From positions 16,886-80,885 of the forward strand of contig CAZGUG010000001.1 of assembly GCA_964529035.1 (NCBI GenBank): a stretch of 64,000 bases of DNA, read 5' to 3'. The DNA is from an uncultured Clostridium sp. GTDB lineage: Bacteria; Bacillota; Clostridia; Ch29. The notes beneath the pieces are model-generated. The model was not told the origin of the DNA, did not search any database, and worked only from the letters and a program-made list of their open reading frames with translations. The position numbers were made by a program, and so were the translations under genes. Below, piece by piece: positions 57,601 through 64,000 of the stretch; the first letter of the stretch is position 1, and every line of letters starts with the position of its first letter.

Positions 57601-58902
57601 ACCGCATACGGGTTTGTTAAAAGCTACCTTGAAGAAAAAAATATTACCGTGCACAATGCGGAAATAAACCGCCTGGTCAGCGGCTGTGCCGGTATAAAAA
57701 GAACCACGGGACAGCATCCCGGCGGTGTTATGATAGTTCCGAAGGGCATGGATATACACCAGTTCACACCGGTGCAAAGACCAGCCGATGATTCTGCTTC
57801 GGATGTTACAACCACGCATTTTGATTATCACGCCCTGAGCGGAAGGCTGTTAAAGCTCGATATACTTGGACACGACGATCCAACCATGCTTAGAATGCTT
57901 CATAAGCTGACCGGTGTGGATCCGCGGGATGTGCCGCTGGATGACAGGGATACCATACAACTTTTCAGCACAACCCGGTCCCTTGGAATAATAAGCGAGG
58001 ATATAGGGTGCCCGGTGGGAAGCCTCGGTATACCGGAATTCGGGACAAAGTTTGTCAGGCAGATGCTGCAGGACACAAAACCTACTACCATGGCGGAGCT
58101 TGTAAGAATCAGCGGTCTTTCCCACGGAACAGATGTATGGCTCAATAATGCACAGGAACTTATTTCCAACGGTACAGCCACCCTGAAGGAGGTTATCTCA
58201 ACAAGGGACGATATTTATATATACCTGGTACAAAGGGGAATGGAACCAAAGAAAGCATTTGGTATAATGGAGCGGGTAAGGAAAGGGAAGGGGCTGGACC
58301 AAGAAGACATAGTGGATATGAAGGCGGTAAGTACCCCCGACTGGTTTATTCAATCCTGCCGGAAAATAAAGTACATGTTTCCGAAGGCCCATGCCGTTGC
58401 CTATGTAACAATGGCATTTCGCATAGCATACTACAAGGTACATTACCCACTGGCCTTTTATGCGGCGTATTTTACCGTTCGGGCCGATGAGTTTGACGCA
58501 CAGCTTGTTGTATCGGGAAAGGACCAGGTGATAAAAACCATTAAGGATCTGGAAGACAGAAAGAATAATTTGACGCAAAGAGAAAGGTCCCTTATGACAA
58601 TTTTGGAAATCGCCCGGGAGATGTACTGCAGGGGTTTCGGTTTCCTGCCGGTTGATTTGTATAAGTCCGATAGAAATGAATTCATCATAGCAGGCAAAAA
58701 ACTGCTGCCGCCGCTGAATTCACTTCAGGGCCTTGGCGAGAGTGCAGCGGAGAACATAGTTGAAGCGAGAAACGAAAGGCCCTTCATTTCAGTGGAGGAT
58801 TTGCAGGAAAGGACCCGTATAAGCCGTGCTGTAGTGGATATCCTTAAGGAGCACCGCTGTTTGGAATCTCTGCCGGCATCCAACCAGATTTCACTATTTT
58901 AG
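54700..58902 (+). CDS. polC: DNA polymerase III PolC-type (Gram-positive replicative polymerase).
   Basis: 1400 aa with OB domain, PHP domain, DnaQ-like 3'-5' exonuclease (FDIETTGL...HNASFD...HRADDDA), polymerase core and Zn finger (CGKC...CPAC). Confidence 0.95.
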   Translation: MQELSGQIERVLVNEENKIVIVVLKEDSSIKSPDEKIKGIKKKFKKNRIKSIKMIRRTGKESLDMFFKTYWSFFCELWEESFPANRQWIRNCGYKLEGNNIHIIFNNEMAVDTLEEKDFVKLTKRVLGALGMDTMNILLELSEEAQSQAEDRQHREQKDLEELTEIRKIVNRKREKSKDKTKMLIGRSFKGKPKPIKEIVQDAGTAIVEGEICRIERKEIKSERFSLLLSVFVTDYQDTIECRFFIAKGGRSSITNELKAGDRIRIKGEAQYNKYSKEITIVGRDLIKLPGNCRTDDSEQKRVELHAHTRFSVLDGVVPVEALVERAAEWGHKAVAITDHGVVQAFPEAYEASKKTGVKVIYGLEGYMIDDLSGITTRDFDWEKDDEFVVFDIETTGLDPAKDQITEIGAVKIRNKRIVDKFHTLINPCIPIPAEITELTGINDEMVKDSPTIRQVMPEFLDFAKDSILAAHNASFDMGFIYEKSAGMGLKPQNRVLDTLSLSRKLFPFLKTHKLGAVAKHLGIRMDRAHRADDDARAAAQILLECLDRMDKAVENGLKEKGKEQIAKETLSRMKAYHIIVLAQNQQGLNNLYKIVTRSHLEYFYKTPRIPKSLLMKYKKGLILGSACEAGELFRGIIEGKNDKELERIAKFYDFLEIQPLGNNEFLVENGILESSEKIKEINKKIYEIGENLGIPVVATGDVHFLNPEDEVFRRIIMAGKRFADADRQAPLYFKTTEEMLDEFGYLGKDAAVEVVVTNTNQISERINDLTPVPLETYPPTLPGAEQKLRDITWMEAKKRYGDPLPDLVKERLERELRAITDNGYAVMFIIAQRLVSKSLEDGYLVGSRGSVGSSLVATVSGITEVNPLPPHYLCGKCKYSHFVTDGSVGAGADLDDKTCPACGAKLIKQGFDIPFEVFMGFEGDKEPDIDLNFSGEYQAKAHRHTEELFGKEQVYRAGTISTLADKTAYGFVKSYLEEKNITVHNAEINRLVSGCAGIKRTTGQHPGGVMIVPKGMDIHQFTPVQRPADDSASDVTTTHFDYHALSGRLLKLDILGHDDPTMLRMLHKLTGVDPRDVPLDDRDTIQLFSTTRSLGIISEDIGCPVGSLGIPEFGTKFVRQMLQDTKPTTMAELVRISGLSHGTDVWLNNAQELISNGTATLKEVISTRDDIYIYLVQRGMEPKKAFGIMERVRKGKGLDQEDIVDMKAVSTPDWFIQSCRKIKYMFPKAHAVAYVTMAFRIAYYKVHYPLAFYAAYFTVRADEFDAQLVVSGKDQVIKTIKDLEDRKNNLTQRERSLMTILEIAREMYCRGFGFLPVDLYKSDRNEFIIAGKKLLPPLNSLQGLGESAAENIVEARNERPFISVEDLQERTRISRAVVDILKEHRCLESLPASNQISLF

Positions 58903-58963
58903 TCTTGTAATGAAATAAACCATGTGATATACTGTTTCTGGAAAGTTTATGCCTGTGAAGCAG

Positions 58964-58992
58964 GAGTGGGTCAAAACCCACTCTTTACTGTT
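58964..58992 (+). terminator. Intrinsic terminator after polC.
   Basis: GAGTGGGT-CAAA-ACCCACTC hairpin then TTTACTGTT; a possible -10 TAGAAT at 59005-10 for the rimP-nusA-infB operon. Confidence 0.6.
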
Positions 58993-59075
58993 ATAAAGAG
59001 CCAATAGAATAATATTACGGTAGGTATGGAATTATAAAAATGCCGGTTATTGAGAGAATAACGGGAGGAGTAAAC

Positions 59076-59537
59076 TTGGCAAAACGCAAAATTGATGATA
59101 TAACAAAAGAATTGGCAGGTCCGATACTTGGGAAAAAGGGTTTTGACTTGGTGGAAGTAGAATATACAAAAGAAGGACCAAACTGGTACCTGAGGGTATA
59201 CATAGACAAACAGGGCGGAATAACCGTGGATGACTGCCAAAGGGTAAGCGAAGAGCTGAGTGATGAGCTTGACAGGATGGACCCGATAGACCACAGTTAT
59301 ATTCTTGAAGTGTCGTCACCCGGAATTAACAGGCCGTTAAAAACCCAGAGGGATTATGAATATTTCAGGGGACGCATGATAGATATAAAGCTCTATTCTC
59401 CAATTAAAGGGGAAAAAGAATTTTCGGGCAAACTGGTCGGGCTTGCGGATGGTTTTGTAACGGTACAGCTCCCGGAAGGTAAGATTTCCGTTCCGAAGGA
59501 CAGCATCGCATCTGCGCGTTTGGCTTTTAAGTTTTAA
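59076..59537 (+). CDS. rimP: Ribosome maturation factor RimP (YlxS).
   Basis: ITKELAGPILGKKGFDLVEVEY...LRVYIDK; GGGAGGAG precedes TTG 59076; the ORF-track start 59040 has no RBS. Confidence 0.85.
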   Translation: MAKRKIDDITKELAGPILGKKGFDLVEVEYTKEGPNWYLRVYIDKQGGITVDDCQRVSEELSDELDRMDPIDHSYILEVSSPGINRPLKTQRDYEYFRGRMIDIKLYSPIKGEKEFSGKLVGLADGFVTVQLPEGKISVPKDSIASARLAFKF

Positions 59538-59555
59538 AGGGAGGTTTTGAGAGGA

Positions 59556-60686
59556 ATGAATCAGGAATTCATGCAGGCTTTGGAACAGATAGAAAAGGAA
59601 AAGGGTATAAGCAAGGCTGTCCTAATAGATGCGATAAACGCAGCCCTTGTTTCTGCATACAAAAAAAACTTTGGTTCGTCACAGAACGTTGATGTAAGTG
59701 TTGATGAGAATACAGGAGACGTCAGGGTGGTATCAAGGAAAACCGTTGTGGAAGTACCCGAATGCAGACACACCGAAATCAGCCTAGCAGATGCCAGGGA
59801 AATCTCACCGGAGTACCAGGTGGGAGACGTGGTTGAAAACGAGGTTACACCCAAGAACTTCGGACGTATAGCCGCCCAGACCGCGAAGCAGGTAGTGGTG
59901 CAGAGGATCCGGGAAGCCGAAAGAGGTATCATTTACGATGAGTTTGTCAATAGGGAAAACGAACTGGTAAACGGTATGATTCAAAGAAGGGAAAAGAACA
60001 ATGTAATGATAGACTTGGGAAGGGTGGAGGCGGTACTGCCGCCCACCGAGCAGATACCGACCGAAGAGTATAAACCGGGAGCCAGGATAAGGGTATATAT
60101 TGTGGAAGTCAAAAAAACAACAAAGGGGCCTCAGATAATAGTTTCAAGGACACATCCCGGTCTTGTTAAGAGACTGTTTGAGCTGGAAGTGCCGGAAATT
60201 CACAGCGGACTGGTCCAGGTTAAAGGGATTGCCAGGGAAGCGGGCGCAAGGACAAAAATTGCAGTCCACTCTGTGGAGGACAATATAGACCCTGTAGGCG
60301 CCTGTGTCGGGCCAAAGGGTGTAAGGGTGCAGTCGGTGGTTAATGAACTCAAGGGAGAAAAAATTGATATAATAAAATGGAGCACCAGTATTGAAGAGTT
60401 TATAGCAAATTCACTAAGCCCGGCAAAGGTTGTAAAGGTAAAAACCTTTGATGAAGAAAAAGCGGCCCAGGTAATAGTTAAAGACTACCAGCTTTCGCTG
60501 GCCATAGGCAAGGAAGGACAGAATGCCAGGCTGGCCGCCAAAATTTCGGGGTGGAAAATAGATATAAAGAGCGAAAGCCAGGTTGAAGATATTGAAGAAG
60601 AAGTGGTGGAAGATATCACCGAAGACACAACGGAGGAGACCCTTCAGGGTGAAATTGATACAGAAGCTGCTGCAGACAGAAAGTAG
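59556..60686 (+). CDS. nusA: Transcription termination/antitermination factor NusA.
   Basis: N-terminal domain, S1 domain and two KH domains (GACVGPKGVRVQSV; LAIGKEGQNARLAAKISGWKIDI); ATG 59556 after AGGGAGG. Confidence 0.93.
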   Translation: MNQEFMQALEQIEKEKGISKAVLIDAINAALVSAYKKNFGSSQNVDVSVDENTGDVRVVSRKTVVEVPECRHTEISLADAREISPEYQVGDVVENEVTPKNFGRIAAQTAKQVVVQRIREAERGIIYDEFVNRENELVNGMIQRREKNNVMIDLGRVEAVLPPTEQIPTEEYKPGARIRVYIVEVKKTTKGPQIIVSRTHPGLVKRLFELEVPEIHSGLVQVKGIAREAGARTKIAVHSVEDNIDPVGACVGPKGVRVQSVVNELKGEKIDIIKWSTSIEEFIANSLSPAKVVKVKTFDEEKAAQVIVKDYQLSLAIGKEGQNARLAAKISGWKIDIKSESQVEDIEEEVVEDITEDTTEETLQGEIDTEAAADRK

Positions 60687-60696
60687 AGGTGGGTAA

Positions 60697-60972
60697 ATGA
60701 TGAGGAAGAAAAAAATACCGACCCGGCTTTGCCTGGGATGCCGGCAAATGAAGCCCAAAAGGGAACTTATAAGGATTGTCAGGGATAAGGAAGGAAACGT
60801 GTTTATAGACAGAACTGGTAAAAAGTCCGGAAGAGGAGCCTATATCTGTGCCGATAATACGTGCCTTGAAAAGGCAAGGAAGAATAAAAGGCTGGAAAAA
60901 TCCCTTGAAGTTAAAATTAAAGATGATATATTCGAGCAGCTTGCGGAGGAGTTGTCCGGAAATGGAGAATGA
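60697..60972 (+). CDS. ylxR: YlxR/RnpM (DUF448) RNA-binding protein.
   Basis: RLCLGCRQMKPKRELIRIV...SGRGAYIC matches the YlxR family; between nusA and ylxQ. Confidence 0.85.
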   Translation: MMRKKKIPTRLCLGCRQMKPKRELIRIVRDKEGNVFIDRTGKKSGRGAYICADNTCLEKARKNKRLEKSLEVKIKDDIFEQLAEELSGNGE

Positions 60973-61270
60973 GAAAAGGCTTAAATCCATGTTGGGGCTC
61001 GCGTATAAGGGCGGGAACCTGACAGCCGGCAGCGAATTGTGTAAAAAAGCTGTATATGAGGGCAGAGCAAAACTTGTAATTCTGTCCATAGATTGTTCGG
61101 ATAATACCAAAAAGAAGTTTATGGACAAATGTTCCCACAGAGGTATACAGGTAGTATTTTATGGTAACCGTGAATTATTGGGGGAGTCGGTGGGAAAAAC
61201 CGAAAGAACGGTACTGGCGGTCCTTGACGAAGGGTTTTCTAAGGAAATTATAAAGCTTATGGGAGTATGA
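60962..61270 (+). CDS. ylxQ: L7Ae-family ribosomal-protein-like YlxQ.
   Basis: MENEKRLKSMLGLAYKGGNLTAGSELCKKAVYEGRAKLVILSIDCSDNTKKKF is an L7Ae/L30e fold. ATG 60962 overlaps the ylxR stop by 11 nt; the ORF-track start 60848 is an extension. Confidence 0.82.
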   Translation: MENEKRLKSMLGLAYKGGNLTAGSELCKKAVYEGRAKLVILSIDCSDNTKKKFMDKCSHRGIQVVFYGNRELLGESVGKTERTVLAVLDEGFSKEIIKLMGV

Positions 61271-61297
61271 AAGCAAATTAACCAGGGGGTGATAGGC

Positions 61298-63403
61298 GTG
61301 TCCAGGATTAGAGTATACGAACTGGCCAAGGAATTGAAAATATCCAGCAAAAAATTAGTGGATATACTAAGGGATTTGGGAGTAGAAGTTAAAAACCATA
61401 TGAGCACAATCAACGAAAAGGAAGGAAAGGCTGTTAAAGAGATACTTGTCGAAAGCGATAAGAAAAAAGACGGCATGAAGGCCGTAGAAACGGGTGAAGA
61501 CGAAGAAAAGGAAACCAAGGTAAAAATAAAGAGACACAAAACCAAGGAAGACGTGGAAAAGAAAATAGAAAAAGTAAAAGATAAAAAAAAGACCAGGGAA
61601 ACCGAAATCGACAAAAAAAGAAAGGACAGGACTAAAAGGAACGCCGGTCGAACCGATAAAAAGACGATTGAAATAGAAGATAGAATTACAGTCAAGGAAC
61701 TGGCGGATAAAATGGGTACCCCGGCAACCGAGCTTATAAAGAAGCTGATACCAATGGGGGTTATGGCAGGATTAAACCAGAGTATTGAGGGTGATATCGC
61801 CGTACTTCTGGGACAGAAACTCGGATTTGAAGTTTTTGTGAAAAAACCGGATGTCGGTTTTGATTATCTTTCGGATGAAGAAGATGACAAGGACAGCCTT
61901 ATGCCGCGGTCACCAGTTGTTACGGTGATGGGGCATGTTGACCATGGGAAGACATCGCTGCTTGACAAGATACGGAAGACAAGGGTAACCGAAAAAGAAG
62001 CCGGGGGTATAACCCAGCATATCGGTGCTTACAAAGTGGATATTGAAGATAAAACAATTGTATTTTTGGATACACCCGGTCACGAAGCCTTTACCGCCAT
62101 GAGGGCCCGGGGAGCACAGGTTACCGATATTGCTATTTTGGTGGTGGCGGCAGACGACGGAGTAATGCCGCAAACCATTGAAGCAATAAACCATGCAAAG
62201 GCGGCCAATGTTCCTTTGATAGTAGCCATAAACAAAATAGACAAACCGAATGCAAATCCCGAACGGGTAAAACAGGAGCTGACGGACCAGGGCCTGTTGC
62301 TGGAAGAATGGGGAGGGGATACCATAGGCGTATCTGTATCAGCCCACACCGGTGAAGGTATAGATGACCTTCTGGAAATGGTGCTTCTTGTTGCCGATAT
62401 GGCTGAATTAAAGGCAAATCCCGACAGAAAGGCTGTAGGTACCGTTATAGAAGCAAAGCTGGATAAGGGAAGGGGTCCTGTAGCAACGGTATTGGTACAA
62501 AAGGGAACGCTTAGGGTTGGCGATTCAATAGTTACCGGTGCCGCCTACGGGAAGGTCCGTGCCATGACCAACGATAAAGGAAAAAGAATAGCCAAGGCGG
62601 GGCCTTCCACTCCGGTTGAGGTGATAGGACTTTCTGAAGTACCAAATTCCGGCGATAAACTTGCCGTTACTTCCGACGATAAAACAGCAAGACATATAGC
62701 TGAAGACAGAAAACAGAGAATACGAACTGCCCAGTTAAAACCAACACAGAGAATATCACTGGAAGATTTGTTTAACCAGATTAAAGAAGGAAAAGTAAAG
62801 GAACTGAACGTAATTATCAAGGCGGATGTGTATGGTTCTATAGGTGCCGTAAAACAATCCATTGAAAAACTGAGCAATGACGAAGTGCGTATTAAAACGA
62901 TACACAGCGGAGTTGGAGCAATAACCGAGACAGATGTAATGCTTGCGGCCGCTTCCAATGCAATAATAATCGGGTTTAACGTAAGACCGGACAGCAAAGC
63001 AGTACAGATGGCCCACCACGAGGATGTGGATATAAGAACCTACAGAATAATCTACGATGCCATAAATGACCTGGAAGCAGCAATAAAAGGAATGCTGGAG
63101 CCCAAATATAAAGAAGTGGTAACAGGCAGGGCGGAGGTAAGGGCAATATTCAAGGCATCTTCGATAGGAACCATAGCAGGGTGCTATGTACAGGAGGGTA
63201 AGATACGGCGAAACGGGGGAATTAGGATAGTAAGGGAAGGTATTGTTATATTCGAAGGCAGGATTGAGTCGCTAAAAAGGTTTAAGGACGACGCGAGGGA
63301 GGTTCTGCAGGGTTTTGAATGCGGTGTAAGCATAGAAAACTTCAATGATATAAAGGAAGGGGATATACTGGAGTGTTTCGTGAGCCAGGAGATCCCCCGA
63401 TAG
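61298..63403 (+). CDS. infB: Translation initiation factor IF-2.
   Basis: N-terminal IF2_N ([24 protein letters not shown]), K/E-rich linker, GTPase domain ([24 protein letters not shown]), C-terminal beta-barrels; GTG start. Confidence 0.93.
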   Translation: MSRIRVYELAKELKISSKKLVDILRDLGVEVKNHMSTINEKEGKAVKEILVESDKKKDGMKAVETGEDEEKETKVKIKRHKTKEDVEKKIEKVKDKKKTRETEIDKKRKDRTKRNAGRTDKKTIEIEDRITVKELADKMGTPATELIKKLIPMGVMAGLNQSIEGDIAVLLGQKLGFEVFVKKPDVGFDYLSDEEDDKDSLMPRSPVVTVMGHVDHGKTSLLDKIRKTRVTEKEAGGITQHIGAYKVDIEDKTIVFLDTPGHEAFTAMRARGAQVTDIAILVVAADDGVMPQTIEAINHAKAANVPLIVAINKIDKPNANPERVKQELTDQGLLLEEWGGDTIGVSVSAHTGEGIDDLLEMVLLVADMAELKANPDRKAVGTVIEAKLDKGRGPVATVLVQKGTLRVGDSIVTGAAYGKVRAMTNDKGKRIAKAGPSTPVEVIGLSEVPNSGDKLAVTSDDKTARHIAEDRKQRIRTAQLKPTQRISLEDLFNQIKEGKVKELNVIIKADVYGSIGAVKQSIEKLSNDEVRIKTIHSGVGAITETDVMLAAASNAIIIGFNVRPDSKAVQMAHHEDVDIRTYRIIYDAINDLEAAIKGMLEPKYKEVVTGRAEVRAIFKASSIGTIAGCYVQEGKIRRNGGIRIVREGIVIFEGRIESLKRFKDDAREVLQGFECGVSIENFNDIKEGDILECFVSQEIPR

Positions 63404-63416
63404 GAAAGGTGATTTT

Positions 63417-63791
63417 ATGAAAAGGAGAGTCCAGAGGCTTTCTGAAGAAATAAAACGTGAGATAAGTGAAATCATAAGGAGCGAGATTAAGGACCCCAGG
63501 ATTACATCCCTGGTAAGCATAACCCAGGTACAGGTAAGCAGCGACCTAAGCCATGCGAAGGTGTTTGTCAGTATGCTGGGGGACGGTGAAAAAAGAAGAG
63601 AAACCTTGGAAGGGCTTAACAAGGCCAAAGGTTATATCAAAAGAGAACTGGGCAAAAACCTAAGACAGAGGATTACTCCCGATATTGTATTCCATATGGA
63701 CGATTCAATTCAGCACGGCTCCCACATAAGTCAACTGCTAAAAAAAGTCATAGGCGACGAGGAGAAAAGAAAAAAAGATGATGCTGACTGA
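63417..63791 (+). CDS. rbfA: Ribosome-binding factor A.
   Basis: RVQRLSEEIKREISEIIRSEIKDPRITSLVSITQVQVSSDLSHAKVFVS is the KH-like RbfA fold; about 124 aa. Confidence 0.9.
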   Translation: MKRRVQRLSEEIKREISEIIRSEIKDPRITSLVSITQVQVSSDLSHAKVFVSMLGDGEKRRETLEGLNKAKGYIKRELGKNLRQRITPDIVFHMDDSIQHGSHISQLLKKVIGDEEKRKKDDAD

Positions 63792-64000
63792 TATCGTGAA
63801 ACACCTGCAGGAGACCCGCGAAATAACTATAATTACCCATATTACACCGGATGGTGATGCTCTGGGTTCTTCGGCGGCCCTGGGCCTGTCACTTATTGGA
63901 ATGGGTAAAAAAGTTACCATCGTAAAAAATGACCAGATCCCGCAAAAGTATGATTTTTTGCCGGGGCAATCTCTGTTTGATGATATTGATATTGATTTTA
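63778..64000 (+). CDS. nrnA: 5' part of a DHH-family phosphoesterase (NrnA-like oligoribonuclease / pAp phosphatase); truncated by the window end.
   Basis: MMLTDIVKHLQETREITIITHITPDGDALGSSAALGLSL... carries DHH motif I; overlaps the rbfA stop; follows rbfA as in Bacillus. Confidence 0.7.
   Translation, partial: MMLTDIVKHLQETREITIITHITPDGDALGSSAALGLSLIGMGKKVTIVKNDQIPQKYDFLPGQSLFDDIDIDF

Noticed and set aside
61440-61700. Highly K/E-rich low-complexity stretch in the ORF at 61298-63403.
   Set aside because: This is the normal N-terminal linker region of IF-2 (infB), not a repeat element or frameshifted gene.

Overview
This 64-kb window is a core-genome block of a low-GC Firmicute, probably a Clostridia-like organism. 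That guess rests on the archaeal-type ProRS with a T-box leader, a FliY-type C-ring protein, flbD-motAB inside the fla operon, and the absence of codY; it is an inference, not a database result. Every credible gene is on the + strand. Gene order: [3' end of an upstream gene] - rplS - lepB - rbgA - rnhB - FliK-like/FlhB-C-terminal-like pair (ylqG/ylqH position) - yraN - comM/yifB - dprA - topA - hslV - hslU - class-I c-di-GMP (GEMM-I) riboswitch - ~31.6-kb fla/che mega-operon (flgB flgC fliE fliF fliG fliH fliI fliJ ylxF-like fliK flgD flagellar-operon-protein flgE flbD motA motB fliL fliM fliY cheY fliO/Z fliP fliQ fliR flhB flhA flhF flhG pilZ cheB cheA cheW cheC cheD small-membrane-protein sigD DUF342/FapA-like basic-protein TM-HTH-protein) - rpsB tsf pyrH frr uppS cdsA dxr rseP ispG - T-box - proS - GT2 glycosyltransferase - mgtC - polC - rimP nusA ylxR(rnpM) ylxQ infB rbfA nrnA(partial). 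I found no tRNA or rRNA genes, transposases, integrases, CRISPR arrays or recognisable defence or toxin modules, and no convincing minus-strand genes. The features most worth follow-up are: (1) a c-di-GMP-I riboswitch with a terminator in the flgB leader, paired with a PilZ gene inside the same operon; (2) an orphan FliK-C-like plus FlhB-CC-like gene pair well outside the flagellar operon; (3) three uncharacterised genes transcribed after sigD; (4) a structured repeat element upstream of comM; (5) a perfect 15-bp hairpin after flgE. All identifications come from reading the translated ORFs and motifs by eye; no searches were run.
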